A DNA stretch of 64,000 nt, taken from contig OZ024740.1 of NCBI GenBank assembly GCA_964016885.1, forward strand, positions 57,412,001-57,476,000. Reading direction: 5' to 3'. Positions 1-13,879 of this stretch are shown piece after piece. Each line of letters opens with the position of its first letter. Within the stretch, counting starts at the first letter, position 1. A model generated the notes under the pieces. The model saw only the letters and a program-made list of their open reading frames with translations. It ran no database searches and was not told where the DNA came from. The translations under genes were made by a program, and so were the position numbers. Source of the stretch: Eledone cirrhosa. Lineage: Eukaryota.

Positions 1-594
1 TATTCATATGCATACTAGTATTTCAGTATACATATGGGGATGTACATTTTTAACTTAATTGTTTAAGCGTCAGTCATACAAAAGTGAGTTACAAACGAAA
101 CGAAATTTAATTTCGTTTCGTTATTTGTTTTCATCGTCTCCGCTGAACCGGTACGTACTCACGCCCTATGCAAATTAGTCTGCCCACTACTAATTTTCAT
201 AGAAAAAGCATATAACGATATGTGCTTTTACGATTCTCTAGAAAGGCCGGAAGATAGGTAAATATTGCTGATGAGATGTAACAACATCGAAACTAGTCCA
301 ATATTCCTGTCTGGCTTTCTGGAGAATAGAGGAAAGGTGTTTCCTCGAAAACCAGTATGACTCTAAAAACCGGTTTGTCTGTGTTTACATACAGAATAGC
401 TGGACACTCACAGTAAAGTGTCCAGTGAAAAACTCGGTACATCTACATATGTACACGTGTGTGTATTCATATGCATACTAGTATTTCAGTATACATATGT
501 GGATGTACATTTTTAACTTAATTGCTTAAGCGTCAGTCATACAAAAGTGAGTTACAAACGAAACGAAATTTAATTTCGTTTCGTTATTTGTTTT
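1..594 (+). repeat. Partial tandem repeat (1-131 = 464-594, period 463) enclosing a hammerhead; Penelope-type pLTR arrangement
   Basis: Direct repeat with about 2 mismatches, ending in (TA)n. Confidence 0.85.
261..305 (+). ncRNA. Type I hammerhead ribozyme (minimal, Penelope-type)
   Basis: AATATTG-CTGATGA-GATGT(aaca)ACATC-GAAAC-TA-GTC-CAATATT: perfect helices I and II, palindromic ACTAGT helix III. Confidence 0.9.
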
Positions 595-680
595 TATATA
601 TATATATATTTATATATATATAAATTTATATATATATATATTTATATATATATATATTGATATATATATATATATTTATA

Positions 681-755
<75 letters not shown>

Positions 756-1290
756 ATATATATATATATATTTATATATATATATATATTGATATATATA
801 TATATACATATCATGTTAGATGTCTGTATATTTTTTCTGTAACAACATATTTTTTCTGTAACATCATAATTGTTCCCTGTACCAATATAGTTTTTTTGAG
901 TATTATTGTATTATATTATATGATTGATATTTCCTCATTTATTATGTAACCCAGTATGAATCATGTTGTACATATTGTTTATGGTAATTGTTAATATAAT
1001 GTTAACATTTTATCATTGTATTTCACTGTGACATCTATATTGTTTCTGTAAATTAACCGGGGATTATATATTCTACTTTATTATATTGTATTGTATTATA
1101 TAATTTTGTTGTTTATTATTTATTATAAGTGTTTCTTGTAATTATATCATATTATTGCCTCATGTATATTGGGTAGATGTATTAGCATTATTTTCACTAT
1201 TACCATGCTTATTTTTGATATTTTTGATGTTCAAACTTCCAATAGGGCTTAATTTCTGTGTAATAGAAAATAGATATGTGCATTGTAATA

Positions 1291-1322
<32 letters not shown>

Positions 1323-1650
1323 CACATATATACATGTATATATTGTACCTTTTGATTTTTAATTTGGAATTTTAATGTTGGTATAGATATATTATTATTA
1401 TAATGTATTATACTGTGTTATATATAATTCCTGCTCTATATAACCAAATTTGTTTAGATTTAAGTTGGTGACTTTGGACTATATTTGTAATATGGTTCTT
1501 AATGTTATCTACATCCTTAGTTATTATAATTTTATTATTTTTATCTTCATTTTTATTATCGTATATCTTTGTAAGACATTAGTGTATGTAAACTCCATAT
1601 TCTTCAGAGTTTCTGGCTTGTATCTGCCGAAATTACCTCTTGTTGTTTTG

Positions 1651-1695
1651 ATTGCCCTGATGAGTCCTTAATAGGACGAAACATTGTCGGCTAAT
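1651..1695 (+). ncRNA. Type I hammerhead ribozyme
   Basis: GCC-CTGATGA-GTCCT(taat)AGGAC-GAAAC-att-GTC-GGC, followed by AATAAA. Confidence 0.9.
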
Positions 1696-1736
1696 AAAAA
1701 CTTTTGGTGTATTAAAGGATTCTTTGTTTTACTCTC

Positions 1737-1838
<102 letters not shown>

Positions 1839-1845
1839 TATACAA

Positions 1846-1876
<31 letters not shown>

Positions 1877-1882
1877 TATATA

Positions 1883-3142
1883 CTAGTTGCGACGGTATTT
1901 GAGGACACATGCATTTTTAGTCATTATCTTATTTGACTAATTTTCATTGAAATTCTATTTGAGAAAATAACAATGAAGATAACTATGCTTACTAATGAAA
2001 TAAAAAGGCCTGCTGTGATTGTGGCTTTGAAGGCTAAGCTTGGGGATTTAGAAATTTCTCGTTTTCTGAAAGTTGCAAGATCTTTTGTCCACAAGATTCA
2101 GTGTGAGTTAGAGGAAGAAGATGGAAGCGTATTACCTGTATCAAAATGTAAAAAAGATTCCAAACGCTCAGATTCTATCAGGACACCTGAATTTATTCAG
2201 GAAATTAAGCAAAACATTGATGACAATCCAGGAAAATCAATGAGGTCAATCGCAAAAAATGTTGGTGTGTGAGAAAAAACAATCAGAAATGTTGTACATG
2301 AAAACATTAGATACAAATCTTACGTGGTGATGAGAGGTCAATTCATGTCAGAAAAAACAAAAGAAAACTGTTTAATCAGATCTAAAAGACTTTTGAACAA
2401 ACTTAAAAATCCATCAGAAGATGATGTGATTTGTTTTTTCTCAGATGAGAAAACCTTTGACCAGGACCAGAAAACTAACAGAAGAAATGACAGGTGGCTA
2501 TGTGCAGACCCTTCTGAGGTTCCAAGAGTAGTACACACAAAATTTCCTGCAAGTGGCTTGGTTTGGGATGTTGTTAGCAATGAAGGACATGTGATACCTC
2601 CTCACCTTTTTCCACAAGGCCTTAGGATGAATGCTGCTGTGTATATTGAGGTTCTGGATAAAGTTGTTAAGCCTTGGATGAACAGTGTATGCAATGGAAG
2701 GCCTTATGTCTTTCAACAAGATTCTGCACCATCACACAAGGCTTAAATGGCACAAGAATGCATGGCCGACAATTTTCATGATCACATCACCCCCAACATT
2801 TGGCCTCCTAATTCTCCAGATCTCAACTGGATTACTATGTATGGAGCATCGTTGGGGAAAATGTCAATGAACATCCCCATAGCATCAAAGATTCATTGAA
2901 AGCCGCCATAGTTCGAGTCATGTCCGATATGAACAAGGGCCACTTAATCCGAGCTTGTAAACGATTTCGACCCCGTGTAGAGGCAGTTATTGATGCTTAT
3001 GGTGGTTTTATTGAATGAAATATTAAATTGATAATTTAGCTTTATGCTTATGTTATTTTTATAAGAATACAGTTTTTTTCTGTTATTATATAAGCGTTAC
3101 TTTAAAACCATAAATCCGCCCTCAAATAACGTCCGCACCCTG
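1883..3142 (+). mobile_element. Tc1/mariner DD37D (maT-like) transposon, decayed
   Basis: Imperfect ~25-bp TIRs flanked by TA; transposase 1973-3018 with FSDEK, QQDSAPSH and WPPNSPDLN..DY motifs; 37 residues between the 2nd and 3rd Asp after repairing the frameshift. Confidence 0.9.
1973..3018 (+). pseudogene. Transposase pseudogene (stops at 2270-2272 and 2744-2746, frameshift near 2828)
   Basis: Contiguous ORF fragments 1973-2272 and 2324-2746, with a frameshifted C-terminus ending GGFIE*. Confidence 0.9.
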
Positions 3143-3733
3143 TATATATTAGAAAGTGAGGTTTCTTTACAAAATGAAAAAAAAAACGAGATGCCCTACA
3201 CGAGTGAAAGTATAAGGAAAAAAGATGAAACCGAAAATGCAACTGGAGTCTTTTTTTTTTAAATATATTTATTTGGTTCCTTTACCGGTTTCGTAGTTCT
3301 TGTGCTTTTCAAAAGTAGAATTGAGATGAAGGGTTTGTGGTTTTTCAAAAACTGAGAAAAACCACAAACCCTCCATCTCAATTCTACTTTTGAAAAGCAC
3401 AAGAACTGCGAAACCGGTAAAGGAGCCAAATAAATATATTTTAAAAAAAAAGACTCTAGCTGCATTTTCGATTTCATCTTTTTCCTTATATATATATATA
3501 TATGGGGGGGGGGGGTAAAAGGTAAACAGAAATAACAACACAATCGGTACAGTATATGGAAGGTATATATTAGGTTAGCGCTTGATATAGCAGGAAGAGG
3601 GTCTTAACGTTTCGGACGCTAGTCCTTCATTAGAAGAAAGAATGAGAAATAAAATAGATTGAGGGGACATGTGGGCTGGAATTGGAAAACAATGTCTTTA
3701 GATAAAAATAACAGGTGTACATTCATGTGGACA

Positions 3734-3826
<93 letters not shown>

Positions 3827-4241
3827 ATACATTAACAGAGAAAGCTTTAAGCTATACTCTGACTGGCTTCCATCTCACTCAACAAACATTAGGATATACC
3901 TTAGTATAATCCCAATTTTACGTTTGGGGTGCTAACTATATGTATTTTGCGGATAGCCAGTTGTATTATTTTATATGAGACATAATTAAAATACATCTCC
4001 CTTTCCAAACAATTGTTTCATTATAAGTTTTCTACAAGTTGGGAAAATGTGTCCAGGTTATGTAGAAGCCTGCACATAGTCAGTAGGAATATATGCAGGT
4101 GGGCACTTATAAATCATCAGTGGATGCCCGTCAAACATCGATATATAAAAAAACTTTCTTACCGATATTCAATGTCTTACGATGTTCCCTCTCCGTATCA
4201 GAAAGACCGCCAAATTTGAAATTCCAGCAGTCTCAAAAGTG

Positions 4242-4905
<664 letters not shown>

Positions 4906-5164
4906 GATGGGGATATGTAAACAGGCCAGAAAATACGAATTTCCCTGTAAAAATGGAAAAAATGTGAATCATTTCATCATTTTTTTCAATTTACATAACT
5001 CTTATCCTAAGAGCTTCCATGCCAAAGATGTCGAACTAACGAGCAAACGAAATAATTCCCCAGCAAAACGCGCGTCTTGGACAGATGAATATATGGATTT
5101 AACCTAATTTTGTATATTGCAACTCAACCCTCTGACTGAGTGTTCATCCAAGTTTGGATACATA

Positions 5165-5387
5165 CCGTATTTCCCGGCGCTAAAGACTCTTCGTCCTCGA
5201 GGACGCACCCTAATTTTGACAACCAAAAATTTGAAAAGAAATAATTATTTCTACTTTAGGCACAAGGCCAGCAAATTACCAGTGCATTACTGGTAATAAT
5301 AAACAACCTTCGGCCCCCAGGACGCATGGTAGATTTTTGAGACTTATTTTAGGAAAAAAGTAGCGTCTTCGACGCCGGGAAATACAG
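5165..5387. mobile_element. pogo/Tc2-type MITE
   Basis: TIRs CCGTATTTCCCGGCG/CGCCGGGAAATACAG flanked by TA. Confidence 0.8.
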
Positions 5388-6799
5388 TAATTATTTTTTT
5401 TACGAAATTCACTAATCTTTTTATTTTAATGTTTGTATATTCTCAGACACTTCGATCTTCTCTTTCTCACTTCTCCTTCTGTGTATACCTTCACTTCTAG
5501 GCTAATATGTTGGACTTTGTTTCCATCTCTCCTTTCCAGTTGCAGCACATTGGTTTGTAACAAATTTTATTTCATTTGTAAATAGTCGAAAGGCCAATCG
5601 TCCTGCCCTGTGTCCATTGTGTTACTATCCCACGTGCACTGTTGCTAGTGCAATCGAACTTAAATACCAAAATCACGAGGACCGCCAGCGGTCGACTAAT
5701 GTGAAGGGACTGTCCTGTGTTTCGTCCGTTGCCTTCACCCATTTTTCAAAATTTATTTTGTATGATCTTAGTCACGTGGGACACTTTTTCCAATTGAAGG
5801 TCGGGCGCCATGCTTTGCAGCATGAAGTTACAGCCCCTTTACGGTCCTAGTTCAAATCCCACCGAGGTTAACTTTGCCTCTCATCCTTACGGGGTCGATA
5901 AAATAAAGCACCAGTAATGCAGTGGGATAATTGCTGGTCTTATGCCAAAAAGTAGAAACAATTATATTATATTATATTATTTATTTATGTTCATACACGG
6001 AACATAGTGCTACCATGTCACCAGATTGTACGAGGGATCGAAATTGTGACGTAACATTCAGGCGTTTAGGCGAATTTGAAGATACCGTTAAAAGCATAGC
6101 GCGTTAAAACGCTAGTATATGAAGAAAAAAACGTATTATAAAAAACTGAAATAACTCAAAGATGTAAATTTGAAATAAGAAAGCAGCTTACACACGTATT
6201 CGTGCGTTATAGCAGATGTATGGTATTATGTGGTTGTATGTAATATAGAGATGGTAATATTTATTAAGGTATGGAATAGAGAAGTATAGAGTGTGTACTG
6301 TATTGTGTAAGCGATGAAAAAGAAATAGAACAGAAAAGATATTAAGAAAGTATATAAATCAAATTAAGGTAATTGAAAATCATTTGAATTTCTTGAGTGT
6401 TTCCACTTAGCAAGGATTGGTTTTAAGATGGAGGAGGCATCCTATAAAATTTCCTTCTTTGAATTCAAATAATTATTGTTTGGAAATGACAAACCTTGTA
6501 ATATTCTAAATTTCTCACTAAGACAAGAGACTACATCTATGGAGATATGGTCAATATTGGGCCTTGAAACCGTAGGTAGTGCTTTTGTTCCGTGTATGAA
6601 CATAAGTAAATAATATATGTCACCTCTCTTCCCTGATGGAGCAACTGTTTTCCTTTTTCCTTTTCACACCTATAGATATTTTCTACATATACATATATAT
6701 ATATATAAAGTATTTCCGTAGAAAATGTAAAGGAAAAAAGAGTGCTCTATGTATAGAACAGAGCTATTTAATTATGTCATAAACAACACAATATAATTA

Positions 6800-6870
6800 T
6801 TCCATTACCCAAGGTTTCACGAAGACAGGCGACCTTAACAGAGGCGTCCGAAGTCGTTCATCAGAAGGAA
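6800..6870 (-). ncRNA. Hammerhead with long helix II, in the left arm of a palindrome
   Basis: TTCCTT-CTGATGA-ACGA...TCGT-GAAACC(ttg)GGTA-ATGGAA. Confidence 0.75.
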
Positions 6871-7190
6871 AATTTAATATCTTGTGATGAACGACTTCGG
6901 ACGCCTCTGTTGGGGTCGCCTGTCTTCGTGAAACCTTGGGTAATGGAATAATTATATTGTGTTGCTTATTACATAATATATATATGTATATACATATTTT
7001 CCTTTCAGATAGACGCGCTCCATCATCACCTTTAAAAAAAGGTATATCATACAGAAAACGCCAGCATCAGCAGTTTTCCAAGAGATTGCAACATGAATGG
7101 ACCTGTTATTTTTCTCTAAAAAATCGTTTTCCCGGTTCCGCCCTGCCAGTCTCCTCAATCTTTCTATTTCTTCTTTAATTTCTCATTCTA

Positions 7191-7226
7191 TCTTCTGATG
7201 AAGGACTAGCATCCGAAACGTTAAGA
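7191..7226 (+). ncRNA. Minimal hammerhead; sister copy at 3601-3637 (-) has a CTAATGA core
   Basis: TCTT-CTGATGA-aGGA(ctagca)TCC-GAAACGTTA-AGA with palindromic AACGTT. Confidence 0.75.
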
Positions 7227-7324
7227 CTCTTTTCCAACTATATCAAGCGTAAAACTAATAATTTTTTAATTTATTTCTTCATTGTACTGTGTCGTTTGCT
7301 TTGTTATTTCTGTTTGCCTTTTGC

Positions 7325-7396
<72 letters not shown>

Positions 7397-7590
7397 TCAG
7401 GTTTGAGGTTCACCACTGTATAGAGCTGGTCTATTCCGTATGGTCAATCGTAATGCAATAATATAGAGAGTACTCAACGTAAGGCAGTTCAACCGTCTTT
7501 GTTTTTGTAGTTGGTGGTGCTATTACGGAGTTAAATATTATAATGAAATGACAGGAGGCTGGATTTGTGTAAATCCTTGAAAGGTTTATT

Positions 7591-7648
7591 ATACTATGAT
7601 CATTTCAATGACCGGGTTCCGTATGAATCCGGTGATATCATCAGGTAT
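7591..7648 (-). ncRNA. Hammerhead ribozyme
   Basis: ATAC-CTGATGA-..CCGG..CCGG..-GAAATGATCATA-GTAT then AATAAA; palindromic ATGATCAT helix III. Confidence 0.7.
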
Positions 7649-9441
7649 TCGAAATATAATACGTGAATGTAATAGATAAAATCCATGGGGCTGAAAATCG
7701 AGGACCCGAGGGCGACCGCTATTCTGTTCCTTCAACCTCAGCCAGTCGCCCTGGAGTGACGTGGCTAAAGTTTATAGTATGCTACTACCGGTCAGATAAA
7801 CGAAAACAGAAAGGGATGGGAACATAAGTTAACGTCAATCTCATGACACAAGGTAAAAGAAAGAAAGAAAGAAAGAAAGAAAGGAAGGAGAGAGAAGAAG
7901 GGGGAAGAAAGAAGAGAAGCCAGGGTTAATGTCAGCTAAAAGAAGAAAGGCAACTACTACCGGTCAGATATAGGCAAGCAAGAGGGGGAAGGAAGATAAG
8001 TCTGCGGGAGGAAGACAGGAAGAGGGGAGAAGAGAAGGAAGAGAAGAGAGAAGTAAAAAAGTAAGGGTTGATGGCTACAAGAAGGAAGATAGAAAGAAAG
8101 AGGAAGAAAGGTCGATATTAATGTCAGACCACAGTCAGGCCAGGAGTGGCGCGAGAAAATGTTCACAGGGACCCGCATCTTAGCAGAGGTGAATATATTG
8201 GGAGTCAGTGTGTTACAGTGTTTAGACTTCTAGGATGAAGTTAAAAAAATTAATAATCAATATTCAATATTAAAGAGGTTAGAAAATTTAAAGTTCAACA
8301 GTTTAACTTTTATTATATAATAGTTCCGATTTGTTCTGTAATTTAAAGGTACTATGTGGCGGTTAAAACACCGGCCGCGCCCCGGGCCCCATGGCGAATT
8401 AAGCTACGCCGAGTATTTTCATTTACCGAAAGAAGGGGAAATTTATTTTTCCAAGCACTCCAGGTAAGCTCGTGCGCCAGGAAGCTGGTCGCGCCGCCAT
8501 CAAAACCCACCCAACAGTCCGACAGAAAGTTGGAACTTTAAAATTTTGCTTAGAGAAGTAGAAGAGTAATGGTTGATGGCTACAAGAAGGAAGTTCACCA
8601 TTTACACACACCCCAACACACATGTCTGTGTGTGGGGGGGGGGGGGGTAAATGGTGAACTAGTAGCTGGTATCAACATATGTGGAGACAGAGGGGCTGGG
8701 AAAGATAGAAGTAAAGATGAAGAGAGCAAGGTAAGGGGAATAGGGTGGGAGAAGTATAAGATGTTCTGTGTGTGTAGAAGTGGTAAGGAAGGTATGGTAG
8801 TGGTGAATTCTATAGTAGTATAATTTAGTGGTAGCGAGAAGATTGGGGGCAGGCGGAAGGGAGAAGACGTGATCTATGTATGTAGAGATGACAGTAGTGG
8901 TTGTGTGCAGAATGTTTTTAGCATTATGAGTATTTTTGTGTGCTGATGTATGTGTTGCATTAGATCAGAGAAGGGCGGTGGATTGACAGTATCGGTAGAG
9001 GGTCGGAGCCATGCTTTGCAGCATAGAATAACGGCCCTTTATGATCTGAGTTCAAATCCCGCCGAGGTTAACTTTGCCTTTCATCCTTACGGGGTCGATA
9101 AAATAAAGTACCAGTCACGCACTGGTGTCGATTTAATCGACTTTCCCCTCCCCTCCCCCCACCCCAAACTACTGGCCTTGTGCATATACTAGAAATCATT
9201 ATGTTCGCCTAAGGCGGTGGATTGGCTGAATCGGTAGGGCGTCGGATAACAACATGCTTAGCAGCATAGAGTTACAGCCCTTTACATTCTGAGTTCAAAT
9301 CCCACCGAGGTAAACTTTGTCTTTCATCCTTACGGGGTCGATAAAATAAAGTACCAGTCACGCACTGGGGTCGATTTAATCGAATTTCCCCTTTTCCAAA
9401 ATTGCTGGCCTCGTGCCTATATAAGAAACCATTATGTAGAT

Positions 9442-10577
9442 CAGAGGTTCTCAAACATTTTGGGCCACCACCCCTCACGGTCACGGAATACCCTCAGTAC
9501 ACCCCACTCCTATTTCTAGAGAGACCTTCCTACACGCAAATTGTAAATAATATATAATAAATTAAATCGTTAATTTATATATAATAACGTTGAAAGAGAT
9601 AGAAGGCTAGACAATGCAACATGGACTGTAAGATGAGGTAACGAAGAGATAGAAGGCTAGACAATGCAACATGGACTGTAAGATGAGGTAACGAAAAGTA
9701 AAATTTACCTGGTAATCTTTGTTGTTTTTTTTTGTTTTGTTTTTTGTTGTTGTTCTTTTATCTGTCCAATATTTCGGGTCATCAGGGTTTAAGGAACTTT
9801 CAGTGGATAATGTTCCAATGTCCTCTCTTTGGGATTAAATTTCGATTTTTATTTAAATTTTTTCTAAGTCGTTTTCAAGCGTTTATATATATATAGTTTT
9901 GCGAGGTTTTGACATGAAATCGTGTGTCGAAACAAATATTGTTATACTTGGGGAGGGTCATATTTGTGTAATATTGCCAGAATTAATAACAGAACATACT
10001 CACTGTTTCGTTGGTTTTCGCTTCTGTATCTTTTACATCAGTTAATTTATTCGGTCCTCAATGTTTACCATTGACTGACCAACGGTCAAAAATACAGATA
10101 TAATATAGACACAAACGCATATACATAGTCTAACAAAGTTATTTCGTTGCACATCTGCAACATCGTCAGTGGTGCTAGTATGTTTCCCCCTGTTGTATTG
10201 TATGTTTACGCCATCTTTATTTAATCTGTTTATTTATTTATTTATTTTTGTGTTCTTCTCTGCGCAGTGTATAGTGTTTGATGTGTGTTCGCAGATTAAA
10301 TAAAGATGGCGTAAACATACAATACAACATGAGGAAACCTAATAGCACCACTGACGATGTTGCAGATGTGCAACGAAAGAACTTTGTTAGACTATGTATA
10401 TGCGTTTGTGTCTATATTATATCTGTATTTTTAACCGTTAGTCAGTCAATGGTAAACATTGAGGACCGAATAAATTAACTGATGTAAAAGATACAGAAGC
10501 GAAAACCAACGAAACAGTGAGTGTGTTGTTATTAATTCTGGCAATATTATTACAGCAATATGACCCTCCCCAATTAT

Positions 10578-10648
<71 letters not shown>

Positions 10649-11642
10649 GAAAAGGCCGATAAGATCAGTAACCTCCGCAGAATCGCTGGCGCCCATACTC
10701 ACGTCGAATGGGGTACTATTAGATTTTAATCCAAATAGAGTCTATTTGGATTAAAAAATCTAATATATATATATGTGTAAAAGTTCTATTTAAATTGTTG
10801 GGATGCAACAAGCAAATATTTTTATAACTGATATAAAGCACTCAACAAATAATTGGAGTAAAAATACGATATTAACAAATGGAAACTATATTTATAAAAC
10901 CATATTTATTTCATTATACATATTTCAAGGACACCAAGTTAAATTATGGTGTGCTTTCATCAGATAAAATATAATATAGAGCAGTTTTATAAATAAATAT
11001 TGACATACCCTTAAAGAATGCAACCATTACTATCCGGGAGCTTCCAACAGTAATGGTTGCATTCTTTAAGGGTATGTCAATATTTATTTATAAAACTGCT
11101 CTATATTATATTTTATCTGATGAAAGCACACCATAATTTAACTTGGTGTCCTTGAAATATGTATAAAGAAATAAATATGGTTTTGTAAATATAATTTCCA
11201 TTTGTTAATATCGTAATATCATCATCATCATCGTTTAACGTCCATATTCCACGCTTGCATGGGTTTGGACGGGGGTTTTTCCACTTGAGGCAAGAGTGGT
11301 TGTCTTGCTCGCATAGGACTGTCTGGCGGGTTTTCTACGGCTGGATGCCCTTCCTAACACCAACCACGTTTACAGTGTGGACTGGGAGGTTTTTACCGTG
11401 TTACCTATACGGCCACATTACAGCGTGGACTGTGTGTTTTTTTGTCGTGACACCTATATATATATATATATATATTAATAAATATATATATTATGTATAA
11501 ATAAATATTACATATTTTTTTTATTTTGCCTCATTTATATATATTTTGATATTTAATATACTATTAGATCATCTCTACTGTCCCCAAGGACTTTCTCACC
11601 ACCATCACTCCCGGGGGGGGGGGGGCACTTTGAGAACTTCTG
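9442..11642. mobile_element. Possible hAT (Charlie-like) MITE expanded by nested insertions
   Basis: TIRs CAGAGGTTCTCAAA/TTTGAGAACTTCTG; TSD only partly matching. Confidence 0.5.
11110..11172 (+). ncRNA. Hammerhead; mirror copy at 10908-10970 (-); family members at 43981-44044 (+) and 39320-39384 (-)
   Basis: ATTTTAT-CTGATGA-AAG.ACACCA...TGGTGT.CTT-GAAATATGTATA-A.GAAAT; helix II differs between family members but stays paired. Confidence 0.8.
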
Positions 11643-13879
11643 CTACAGATGTATGGATGTAGAAGATTGATGTATATATCCTGTGAAGTGTATATGAGTA
11701 TAGTGGTGTGTGTATGGTATGTTGTGGTAGGATGAGAAATGAAAGGTTGTGTAGTAGTAGGGTGCGAAATGAAAGGGTGATAAGGTGAAGTTAGCTAAAC
11801 ATCTCTACACTGTTGAAACCAAAAGGTGCAGAGCAATCAAGGTGAAAAACGAGAGATTGTTCCTTGTAATGGTGAAAAACAAGGAGTGTAGTGTAAAAGA
11901 ATTCTACTGACTGAGTAGTAGGAAGTAGTGTCAGAAAGTGAGTTGAAATGATGGGCACCAGATGATGTGCTGTGATTTAAACAGATGTTTTGCAGATGTT
12001 CAGTGAAACGATCTGCTATTCAGCAGCTGGTTTCTTCAATGTATATGAAACCAAGCATTTAATACAACATATGACCTATGTGTAGAGGTGAAGTCATAGT
12101 ATTGTGGATGTAGAGACAAGAGTTGCAGCTGACTCGGAAGCAAAAGACAGATCCAGGTTGGGTATTAAGAGGAGTAGAAGAGCTGTGGACTAAGAGATCA
12201 CACCGGTTGACACAACTGAAGAATCTTCTCAATCCTTTGTTTGGCAAATTTTCTATGGCTGGGTGCTCTTCCTATCGCCAACCAGTATAGGGAATAAATA
12301 TAGTCAATTCAATTAATTCATGATTCCATGCTTGTAATTAAATGTGGCATTCTGACATATTTGATGACAGTTTAATAACAGAATATTGTTCCTTTGCATT
12401 AATTTTATAGGGCAGTGAATTGGCAGTATCGCTAGAGCGACAGACACCATGCTTCGAAGCAGAATTATGGCCCTTTACGTTCTGAGTTCAAATCCCACCA
12501 AGGTTAGCTTTGCCTTTCATTCTTACGGGGTCGATAAAATAAAGTATCAGTAATGCACTGGGGTAATTGCTGGCCTTGTGGCAAAAGTAGAAATAATTAA
12601 TTTTATAACTGCCTCATGAGAAAAGATGGATTCAAGGAACTATTCCTGTCTCATTTCCACTAATGTATTTGACTATAAATATCAATTGATCAATATGTAT
12701 GATGTCCAGAGTACAATTGAGACCTATTGAATAATACTTTATATGATTTATCCAAGAATGGCACAAAATATATGTTGTCCAATTATTTCAATAAATTCTT
12801 CACAAATGTTTACCAATACGTATCATAGATTCCCCACTTTCTAGAAATTCCATATAATTTTAAATGTTCTTCTAGAAAGGATAAAACTCAATCAATAGTT
12901 CTAAAATACCAAGAAAGTTTGTTTTTTAAGGGACCACTAGTTTGGATCTCTTCACCAAATACCAAACCCCTGCAGACAAGGAAGTGGATAACAGAAATCA
13001 TGCTATGAGAAAAACATTAAACAAATGTACAAGAGTACTGGTGCCACAATAAAAAGAACCTAGTCCACCTTGTAAAATGGTAGAGCTGGTGTCAATAAAA
13101 AGAACCCAGTAAAGTGGTAGTGCTTGGGTCACTATAAAAATCACCCAGTCCACCCTGTGTCACAACATAAAACATACAGTTCACCTAATAAGGTAGCAGT
13201 TCTAATAGTGATAAAATGCTCACAATAAATTCTGTAGTGTTTGATGTTAAGAAAGACATCCAGCCATAAAAAAACAAGCAAAAATCAAAACATGAGAAAA
13301 ATGTCACCTAACCTGTCTAGTTTTAAAACATGACAACCTGTCTAACCTATGGAAGCATGGAAAATAGATGCTAAAGAGTGATGATGATGTGCACTGGTTG
13401 ACATAGGAGACTAGAAATTGTTTAGGGAATAAATAACTGAGATACCTCCCACATGAAAAATAATACATAAGTTAGTATTCACATATTTAATATGAAGATT
13501 AAAAGATAATATCAATAGATCTTACATAATAAGACTGCAACTTGCGTGGCAGACTTAACCTGTTGACTGCTGCGTATATTTTATGCAGCTACAGTTTCTG
13601 TGCTGGGTTGTTTTTCAGTAAAATGACTATTTTTTTTTTAAACAAACTTACTTTTAAGACAAACGTCACATCAATAAACTAGTAACCCCATCTAGCTTTG
13701 ATGTTATGAACTGTTGGAAGCAAGTTCATAACTTTGAAGTTATATAACTGTTGGAACAGGTTAGTACGAGTTATCTCGTCTACGGCACTGGAATGCATAC
13801 ATATTAGGATGAGTTATCTCGTCTACAGCACTGAAGAGGTTAATCCATTGCTTGATTCAACATCACTTCCTGGTCAGAG

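Noticed and set aside
9905-9950. GACA..TGTC-GAAAC-aaatatt-GTTA half-hammerhead
   Set aside because: No CTGAnGA core, and polarity is opposite to the motif in the adjacent arm; may be chance.
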